This document shows, piece by piece, positions 38,581-45,738 of a stretch of DNA of 64,000 nt. The stretch is from Bacteroidales bacterium. Lineage in GTDB: Bacteria > Bacteroidota > Bacteroidia > Bacteroidales > UBA3824. The stretch lies in NCBI GenBank assembly GCA_045597465.1, contig JAZLKG010000010.1:6749-70748 (forward strand), read 5' to 3'. Each line of letters opens with the position of its first letter. Positions within the stretch are counted from its first letter, which is position 1. The notes under the pieces are model-generated. The model saw only the letters and a program-made list of their open reading frames with translations, searched no databases and was not told where the DNA came from. A program made the translations under genes and the position numbers.

Positions 38581-39255
38581 TTACATACCACGGCCATTTT
38601 TCAATGGAATAATTTTGCATTGGGATTTCTCCGCACATTCAAAAGCGAAACGCATCAGCCTGCTCCATTGCGACATATCTTCAATAATAGGCACGTTGAT
38701 AATCTTGCTTCCTGATATTTTAATATTTACCAATTCCACTTCCAATCCGTCACCGCTTTGCAAAGTCTCGATATCAGCGTAGATATTTTTTCCAAGACGG
38801 TCGCTAAAACGGTTTCCGATTGTGAATGTTATCGGATAATCATCGAGCATAAAATCAGGAATATAATCCTCGTCGGTTACACCCTCGGGGAAATATATAT
38901 CCTCCTTCTTGCCGAGTTTCCTAAGGATATTCGGCACAGTCTCAAGGAACAAACCGTAGATATCGTCGGCACTCGGCTCGGCGCAGGCAGAGAGCAAAGA
39001 CTCGCCATTCATCGCATTGGGATTAATCGAATCAGGAAAAATCGATTGGAAATTATCGGCCAAGTCGGCAAAGAAATTCCTCTTGAGAGCCTTGCAAATA
39101 TTCGTCAACGCCTCCAAACCAATATTCCTGTTCTTGATCTGCTTATATACATTTGCCCTCTGACAAAAAATCATATCCGCAAACCTCGTTACAGGAATCT
39201 TCTGCCTCGCAATCTCATCCCTGATGAGCATTCCCAAATCAAACTTATTTTCCAT
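38581..39255 (-). CDS. XRE-like HTH protein with unknown C-terminal domain (possible controller)
   Basis: Start at MENKFDLGMLIRDEIARQKIPVTRFADMIFCQRANVYKQ (HTH pattern). Lies 45 nt upstream of the RM gene on the same strand. Confidence 0.55.
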   Translation of the reverse strand: MENKFDLGMLIRDEIARQKIPVTRFADMIFCQRANVYKQIKNRNIGLEALTNICKALKRNFFADLADNFQSIFPDSINPNAMNGESLLSACAEPSADDIYGLFLETVPNILRKLGKKEDIYFPEGVTDEDYIPDFMLDDYPITFTIGNRFSDRLGKNIYADIETLQSGDGLEVELVNIKISGSKIINVPIIEDMSQWSRLMRFAFECAEKSQCKIIPLKNGRGM

Positions 39256-39280
39256 AACAATCCGTGTTTTGATTACAGTG

Positions 39281-39288
39281 CAAAGATA
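39281..39288 (-). promoter_or_regulatory. -7 box TAtcTTTG (minus strand)
   Basis: 26 nt upstream of ATG 39255. Candidate promoter of the six-gene operon. Confidence 0.45.
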
Positions 39289-39346
39289 AGAGAAAAGAAA
39301 GATATAAACATAAAAAAAGTGTATCCGTGTGGGATACACGAAAGAA

Positions 39347-39371
39347 AAAAGCCACCCCTCGGGTGGCTTTC
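39347..39371 (-). terminator. Intrinsic terminator after the Rpn-family gene
   Basis: aagccaccc-ctc-gggtggctt followed by T6 on the minus strand. Confidence 0.75.
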
Positions 39372-39396
39372 GATATATAAATATGAAATAAAAATC

Positions 39397-40332
39397 TTAT
39401 GCCTTGGTGGAATTGGTCTTGATATAATCGTTCAGTTCGTTTACATCAAGATCCATACTCTGGGCAATCTGCTCTATAGACAAAACACCTAAAGAATAAA
39501 GATTCATAGCATTAGCCAATTTCTCCTGATGAGCCTTGGCCTCGGCTTCTTCACGGCCTTTCTTAAGACCACGAGCCTCACCATCCTTAACGCCCTTGTT
39601 GTACTTTGTCTCAAGAGAGGCATATAAATCTCTAAAATTTTTCATACTCTCCTCATAGTCGCGTCGCTCTTCTGGGGAGAACTTTGCTATTTCGGCAGTC
39701 TCGAAAAGTTTCAGGAAAACCTTCTCGGACAATTCTGCTGGGCGTTCCAAGAGTTTGTTGAGGTTCTTTATGGCAAACAACCATTTCTCATACATATTAT
39801 CAAGTTCATCAAGAGCCTTCTTGAAATTAGGCATTTCAAGGAATATGAAAGTCAACTTATCATAAAAAACGGTTTTCTTTTTAGTATCCATAAGTTTAAC
39901 GACCGTCTTGACATCAGTATTCTTATCATCGAACTTGAAGTTTAGGATACCGATACAATATACACGCTTAAGTTCGTAGTTCCATTCACCACGGGGTGCA
40001 AACTCCCTGATAGGAAACGAGGCATAATAGACGGCCCTGTCCTTGAAATAATCCTGCTCAGTTTTCTGCATCTCGATTATGAACTTGTCGCCATTCTTGT
40101 TCTCGCAATAAATATCGAAAATTGCCCTTCTGTCCTCTACGGCACTACTCAAATGCTCGGTAGGAAGATATTTGATATCCACAATATCCTCCTGACCCGA
40201 CAACAAGGCATTAAGGAAACTGATGAGCAAATCCTTGTTAGCCTCAGTTCCAAAATATTTCTTGAATGCGAAATCCGTATAGAAATTCGCATAACGCTCG
40301 CCTAACTGATCTATGTTGAAATTGTCTGTCAT
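39397..40332 (-). CDS. Rpn-family recombination-promoting nuclease / PD-(D/E)xK putative transposase
   Basis: YTDFAFKKYFG, RRAIFDIYCENKNGDKFIIEMQK (D...E.Q/K core). The length and C-terminal helical tail are typical. Confidence 0.85.
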   Translation of the reverse strand: MTDNFNIDQLGERYANFYTDFAFKKYFGTEANKDLLISFLNALLSGQEDIVDIKYLPTEHLSSAVEDRRAIFDIYCENKNGDKFIIEMQKTEQDYFKDRAVYYASFPIREFAPRGEWNYELKRVYCIGILNFKFDDKNTDVKTVVKLMDTKKKTVFYDKLTFIFLEMPNFKKALDELDNMYEKWLFAIKNLNKLLERPAELSEKVFLKLFETAEIAKFSPEERRDYEESMKNFRDLYASLETKYNKGVKDGEARGLKKGREEAEAKAHQEKLANAMNLYSLGVLSIEQIAQSMDLDVNELNDYIKTNSTKA

Positions 40333-40351
40333 AACCGATAAATACTTTCTG

Positions 40352-40359
40352 CAAATTTA
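40352..40359 (-). promoter_or_regulatory. -7 box TAaaTTTG (minus strand)
   Basis: 20 nt upstream of ATG 40332. Confidence 0.4.
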
Positions 40360-40368
40360 CAATTTTTT

Positions 40369-41265
40369 TTACAATCCTTCTATCACATCCTCGGGCAAAC
40401 CTGTGTACCTGGCGATTACATTATTGGGCATACCATCAGATTTCATAGATCTGGCTATCTCGATTGACCTTTCCTCTCGTCCCTCGGCTCGTCCCTCCAC
40501 CTTGCCTGAGGCTGTTGCCCAACGGATAGCGTCGTATTCGTTGTGGAGCGATTCGCGGTGACGGTCATATCTTGCCCTCTGCTCGGGAGTCATTTTCTCG
40601 TACTGAAGTTTCTCCTTGGCTTTCTCGAGACCAGGAACAGTAGTATCGGGACGGATTGAATTGTTTTTCAGAAACTCCATCCACTCGTTCATAGCATTGC
40701 GGGCACTCTCTCGGAACTGCTTCACTCTGATAATGTAATAAACAGGCATTATCTCGCCAGCATCAAATTTGGTAAACTTGAACTGACGGTTGTCGTTGCG
40801 CTCAATCTCCTCAAGAGTGAGATCCTCCTTGCGTGATATTTTCAGAGTGTCGTTCTTATTGAGACCAACGAAACTTGTCTTGCCCTCATAGATAAAGTCG
40901 TCACCCACTCCAAAATCATAATAAACTATTGATATAGAATATATTTTGTGGATTTTGCCATAATCATCGCCATTCTCAAGTTGCTCTACCACGGCCTTCG
41001 AAACACCAAACAATACACGTTCCATATAATAAGTATATCTCGTGGTCTGAACCTCCACAATAAAGATTTCGCCGTTTTCATCTACGGCCTTGATATCCAC
41101 TCTGTTATACTTGTCTTCCTCGTCCTCCTGATTGGCCTCGCTCTCCAATAAGTTGATGATAGTGCATTTCTTGCCCAGAAAGACCTCAATAAAGCCCTCC
41201 AGAACATCAAAATTGGCCTTGTTTCTCAGCAAGGTCTTCATCGCATAATCAAATTTAACAAGCAT
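40369..41265 (-). CDS. Rpn-family recombination-promoting nuclease / PD-(D/E)xK putative transposase (second paralog)
   Basis: FDYAMKTLLRNKANFDVLEGF, NRVDIKAVDENGEIFIVEVQ and a C-terminal ...IARYTGLPEDVIEGL. Confidence 0.85.
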   Translation of the reverse strand: MLVKFDYAMKTLLRNKANFDVLEGFIEVFLGKKCTIINLLESEANQEDEEDKYNRVDIKAVDENGEIFIVEVQTTRYTYYMERVLFGVSKAVVEQLENGDDYGKIHKIYSISIVYYDFGVGDDFIYEGKTSFVGLNKNDTLKISRKEDLTLEEIERNDNRQFKFTKFDAGEIMPVYYIIRVKQFRESARNAMNEWMEFLKNNSIRPDTTVPGLEKAKEKLQYEKMTPEQRARYDRHRESLHNEYDAIRWATASGKVEGRAEGREERSIEIARSMKSDGMPNNVIARYTGLPEDVIEGL

Positions 41266-41289
41266 AATTACAAGTATAAAAATCCGCTA

Positions 41290-41297
41290 CAAAGATA
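41290..41297 (-). promoter_or_regulatory. -7 box TAtcTTTG (minus strand)
   Basis: 25 nt upstream of ATG 41265. Confidence 0.4.
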
Positions 41298-41482
41298 GGA
41301 AAAACAATTAATAACAAAACAAAAACTCAGAAAAAAACTCCCAAATTCGTAACCCTCGCTCCAAATGTACAAAAATATTTTCACCCAATTTTTGCCCTCA
41401 AATTCAAACTCATAAATAAAGAAGATTTTCCGCAGATTTTCCGCAGATTTTGAGCGAAGCGACTCCCTCCCAAAACAAAAAA

Positions 41483-41502
41483 GAGCCACCGCAAGGTGGC
41501 TC
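41483..41502 (-). terminator. Intrinsic terminator after the PiT gene
   Basis: gagccacc-gcaa-ggtggctc followed by T6 on the minus strand. Confidence 0.75.
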
Positions 41503-41534
41503 CCAAAATAGATTTATGTCAGATTTTCCGTCCT

Positions 41535-43787
41535 TTATTCCACAAACTTCGCCATACCTCTCACGGCGTGCCTCAAACTGCCCACCAGTTCCTGTGACTC
41601 CTGAATCATATTGATAAACAGAATCATAGCCTCGATATTGGCCTCGTTGTTTTGCAGAGTGTCCAGGATCTCCTTTCTGAACAGCGACAGCGAATCCTGA
41701 AGCTCCTGAGCATTGGCCCTGAACACCTCCACGCCATCAGCCTTAATGTCCTTGACCAGCGCACTGCCATCGGCAAAACAGTCAACCACACGGTTTCTGA
41801 AATCAATGAACTTGCCCACAAACTCACGTGGAACAGGCAGGAACGAGTTGCCTACGTGCTCACGGCAAGGGTCGTTGATACTCTTGAGACAGTAAATCAT
41901 CCTCTGACACGAATTGTTCGAGAGATAAAACCACGTGTTCCTCTCCAATGCCATCATCGGATCCACATTGCGCATCGCCACAATCTCCTTCCTGCGGTTC
42001 TGCTTGAAAGTTACACGGCGGTCCTCAATCACATTAGCGCTACGCTTCAACTGCCTGTATTCCTGCGCGAAAAACGCATCAGTAATCGTCCTGTATTGCT
42101 GAGCCACAAAATCAATGTGGTCGAGATTCGTCATCACAACGTGCTTGCCAAGGAGAACAAAATTATTCGCCTTGTTCTCACCCTTGATAATCTGACTGAT
42201 AAGCACATTCTCGGGTCCCTCGGTCTCGTCCTTGTGGAATTTCAGGTTGGAGCGGACAATCACGAAAATGGCCACCAAGATCATCACAATCATAGCCACC
42301 GAACCGCCAAACCAGGCCATCAGCACCACGATACCGCTCATCAGGAACGCCACAACGGCGGTAGCGAACCATCCGCCAATCACCGAGAACACGCCCGTAA
42401 TTCTAAATACCGCGCGCTCCCTCTGCCAAGCCCTGTCGGCCAAAGACGAACCCATCGCCACCATAAAAGTAACGTAAGTTGTTGAGAGCGGAAGTTTCAA
42501 AGAGGTTCCTAACGCCACTAACAAACCAGCCAAAACCAGATTGATACTTGCCCTCAAAAGGTCGAAAGCCTTGCCATTCTGATTCCTCGTCTCATAGACA
42601 TTAAACCTCTTGTCAATGAAATTCGCAACCTTCTCGGGCACCACCTTATCAACCGCAATCGCCAATTTAGTAGCGCCACGCACAATTCCACGCGCGATTC
42701 CCGACGATCCAAACATCTCGTCGGCATTGTCCTGACTGCCCAGGCCGACCTCAGTCTTGGTAACATTACGCGATTTTTTTGAGAGGAAGAGCGCCAAAAC
42801 CATCACCAGGCCCGCGCCGAGAAGATACCATATCGGAGTGTGAGCGCTGTCCTGAAGCGACTTCATCAGAAAGCCCTCGGGATTGCCGTTTCCGTTGGCC
42901 TGAAAATCCATAAACGCATCGAGGCCTGTGAGCGGAACACCCACAAAATTCACGAGGTCGTTGCCCGCAAAGGCCATCGCCAACGCAAAAGTTCCCATCA
43001 GCACCACGGCCTTCAGTATATTTATTTTTGTAGCTGACAGCACCAGCATTATTGTGGCTGATACTCCGAAAATACCTGTCAGGATAAAGAAAGTGTTCTC
43101 TGATATGAAACTCTTCAGGTCGTGAGTCATCAGACTGCTGTCCTTGAGGCCCTTCACCAAAAGGAAATAGAGGATACAGGTGCTTGCTATCGCGCCGAAA
43201 ATCACAAGTTTAATCCTTGTACTTACTTTCTTGTCCTGATACGTGAAAGTAAACACGCACCTCGTAATCCACATCACCAGACTACCGAAAACAAACGCCA
43301 CGGCCACCGACACGAAAATCGCTATAATCACGCTTATAGCCTTGTCGGTATTCAGGAGAGTGGCCACCTGCGAGAACTCCATCTCGCTCGATTTCAGCAC
43401 CTTCACGCTTGCAACCGCAAACGCACCGCCCAGCATCTCAAACACCATACTTACGGTAGTTGAAGTCGGCAGACCTAATGTGTTGAACACATCCAGGAGG
43501 ATCACGTCGGTAATCATCACGGCCAGAAAAATGCAGATTACATCGTAAAACGAGTAATACTCAGGCGTGAAAATTCCGTGACGCGCCACATCCATCATAC
43601 CATTGCTGAGGGCCGCGCCGGCAAACACACCCACAGCGCTCACGCAGAGAATAGTCTTGATACTCGCCGCCCTGCTTCCCACGGCCGAGTTCACGAAATT
43701 TACGGCGTCGTTGCTGACACCCACAAAGAGGTCAAACACCGCCAACACTATCAAAAATACAATGATAATGAGAAATATACTTTCCAT
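41535..43787 (-). CDS. Inorganic phosphate transporter (PiT/PHO4 family) with C-terminal PhoU-like cytoplasmic domain
   Basis: Start at MESIFLIIIVFLIV. GVSNDAVNFVNSAVGS and a second GNDLVNFVGVPL repeat (PHO4 signature pair). About 200-aa helical C-terminal domain. Confidence 0.85.
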   Translation of the reverse strand: MESIFLIIIVFLIVLAVFDLFVGVSNDAVNFVNSAVGSRAASIKTILCVSAVGVFAGAALSNGMMDVARHGIFTPEYYSFYDVICIFLAVMITDVILLDVFNTLGLPTSTTVSMVFEMLGGAFAVASVKVLKSSEMEFSQVATLLNTDKAISVIIAIFVSVAVAFVFGSLVMWITRCVFTFTYQDKKVSTRIKLVIFGAIASTCILYFLLVKGLKDSSLMTHDLKSFISENTFFILTGIFGVSATIMLVLSATKINILKAVVLMGTFALAMAFAGNDLVNFVGVPLTGLDAFMDFQANGNGNPEGFLMKSLQDSAHTPIWYLLGAGLVMVLALFLSKKSRNVTKTEVGLGSQDNADEMFGSSGIARGIVRGATKLAIAVDKVVPEKVANFIDKRFNVYETRNQNGKAFDLLRASINLVLAGLLVALGTSLKLPLSTTYVTFMVAMGSSLADRAWQRERAVFRITGVFSVIGGWFATAVVAFLMSGIVVLMAWFGGSVAMIVMILVAIFVIVRSNLKFHKDETEGPENVLISQIIKGENKANNFVLLGKHVVMTNLDHIDFVAQQYRTITDAFFAQEYRQLKRSANVIEDRRVTFKQNRRKEIVAMRNVDPMMALERNTWFYLSNNSCQRMIYCLKSINDPCREHVGNSFLPVPREFVGKFIDFRNRVVDCFADGSALVKDIKADGVEVFRANAQELQDSLSLFRKEILDTLQNNEANIEAMILFINMIQESQELVGSLRHAVRGMAKFVE

Positions 43788-43890
43788 ACTTTTAAAAAGA
43801 ATTAAGTGATTTATTCTGCCACAAAATTCCGGAAAGGATATTACAAAATTGTTACAAACGAGTGAAAGGACTATTACGGAATAGAAACAA

Positions 43891-43916
43891 CAAAGCCACC
43901 CGGGAAGGTGGCTTTG
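43891..43916 (-). terminator. Orphan GCCACC...GGTGGC hairpin upstream of the PiT gene
   Basis: caaagccacc-cgggaa-ggtggctttg. Same stem family as 39347 and 41483. No gene ends here. Confidence 0.4.
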
Positions 43917-44013
43917 TTGGGGGATTATGGTATATGAAAAATCAAAAAAAATTACCCAATATTTATCCCAATAACCATATTTTTTATTTATTTTTGCAGT
44001 AAAATATTTCAAA

Positions 44014-45224
44014 ATGGACAAACTGAGAATAGAAAACTTCGGACCAATTATATATGCGGAACTGGAACTCCGCAAATACAACATAATTTAGGGCCTCAGG
44101 GCTCAGGAAAAAGTTGTATCCTCAAAATAGCCTCTTTTTGCAAGTGGCTCGAGAAAGTGTACATTTCAGGAGAGTACAATGAGATTAAGAAAAATCTTTC
44201 AGATAAAGAATTTCTTGAAATACATTTCTTGCAATTTTATAAACTTTCAGATTTTGCTGAAATCAAGGAAAACCAATACTCAAAAATATATTATTCTAAT
44301 GATTTAGATTTAAATATTTGGTTAGATTTCAACTCAAAAAACAAAAAATGGATTACAATCAATGATGGAAGAGAGGATCACTCTCCCAAAAAGGTTGCGT
44401 ATATACCAACAGAGCGTTGTGTGCTATCTGCAATCAATCCATCTGATAATGGCTTTAGAAAAAATCCTTGTTTAACAAAATTTGTTCGTGATTTCGAAAT
44501 TGTAAAGGCTAAGCATACATCAAAAAGTAAATTTAAGATTCTTGGATTAAACATATCTTACTTTTATGATGAAAAACAGAAAGATAGTTTTCTTACTATC
44601 GAAAAAGATGGATTAGCAAAAAATATTCATTTCGAGAATGCCGCTAGTGGTTTTCAATCTGTAACACCCATTTGTGTTCTAATGGATTACTATTTGAATT
44701 CCTCAATGCCTCTTTCCTTGAAAAGTGAACAGTTTTTTGACGTACTTAAGTTTTTGATAGACCGCGACATTATAAAAGACGCCAAAGAATTAAAAAAGGC
44801 TGTTGATGACGAAAAGATTCGTTTACAATACAATCCTGACTGCTCAATTTTCGTGGAAGAACCCGAGGAAAATATTTTCCCTGAGACTCAATATGAATTG
44901 GTAAAATGGATGGTGCATACAATGGGTAATGGCAAAAAAAATTCATTGTTCATTGCAACTCACAGTCCTTACATTCTTACTTCGTTCAACAATCTTCTTT
45001 GGGCAGACAAGTCAATAAAAGAAAATCCTATCAACAAAGACAAGGTCTGTGAGATAATGAAGAACGACGTATTTGTAAGCCCTAATGAAATAAGTGCATA
45101 TATTGTTGTTGACGGCAAAATTGAAGACATAATAGACGGAGGCTATCAAATTGCCGCGGAGAGGATAGATGAGGTTTCTAATTTGTTAGGTAACGAATTT
45201 GACCAACTAATTGACTTGGAATAA
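44014..45224 (+). pseudogene. ABC-like AAA_15/AAA_21-type ATPase, frameshifted just before Walker A
   Basis: ATG 44014 gives MDKLRIENFGPIIYAELELRKYNII then TAG. The -1 frame continues LGPQGSGKSCILK (Walker A) into ORF 44157..45224, which has ASGFQS, IFVEEPEENIFP (Walker B) and ATHSP (H-loop). Confidence 0.7.
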
Positions 45225-45225
45225 T

Positions 45226-45702
45226 ATGGCTACATTCAAAGAAAAATATTGCGACCCTGATTATATAGAATATGACGATGCCAGACCAATCGCCATACTA
45301 AAAGACAAGGGTAATAGTTGTACATACAGGTTGATTAATAATTCAGCCAGACATCTTACTGCCTATAACATTGATGGTGGAATACTAAAAAACAGTCTTC
45401 CAAAATGTGATAAGGCACTTTATGTTTCTGCGGAAAATGGTAAAACCAATGATATACTATATTTAGTTGAGTTCAAAGGTAAACACATCAACGATGCTAC
45501 AGAACAGATTGAATCAACTATAAAACAATTAATAGTTGCGCCAAAAATAAAAGTTGACAAACTGAATGCTCGAATAGTAGCTACTGGTGTTCCCAAAATA
45601 TTGAAAAAGGATTTTACCAGCAAGGTAGATGAACTAAAAAAGAAATACAAATGCTTCCTGCATTCTCCCAAAACATTAGACTTTGAAGAAACTCTGAAAT
45701 AA
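45226..45702 (+). CDS. Small hypothetical protein with candidate PD-(D/E)xK motif
   Basis: ATG lies 2 nt after the ATPase stop. CDKALYV-x13-ILYLVEFKG gives a D...ExK spacing compatible with a restriction-endonuclease-like fold. No family recognised. Confidence 0.5.
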   Translation: MATFKEKYCDPDYIEYDDARPIAILKDKGNSCTYRLINNSARHLTAYNIDGGILKNSLPKCDKALYVSAENGKTNDILYLVEFKGKHINDATEQIESTIKQLIVAPKIKVDKLNARIVATGVPKILKKDFTSKVDELKKKYKCFLHSPKTLDFEETLK

Positions 45703-45706
45703 ACGA

Positions 45707-45733
45707 AAAAGGCAGTTGATCCCACTGCCTTTT
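45707..45733. terminator. Bidirectional terminator between convergent genes
   Basis: aaaaggcagt-tgatccc-actgcctttt. Confidence 0.75.
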
Positions 45734-45738
45734 CTGTT

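Noticed and set aside
41268-41489. 73-aa ORF upstream of the Rpn paralog, and the 127-aa ORF 49378..49761
   Set aside because: Their similarity (SLRSK..E motif) comes from the dispersed non-coding repeat blocks. The 127-aa ORF overlaps the GH115 gene start on the opposite strand. No promoter box or coding-like composition is present.
44086-44091. Programmed ribosomal frameshift in the ATPase gene
   Set aside because: The required shift is -1, but there is no slippery X XXY YYZ heptamer and no obvious downstream stimulatory structure. A stop at the shift site is reminiscent of prfB-type +1 sites, which is the wrong direction. An indel or sequencing error is the simpler explanation.
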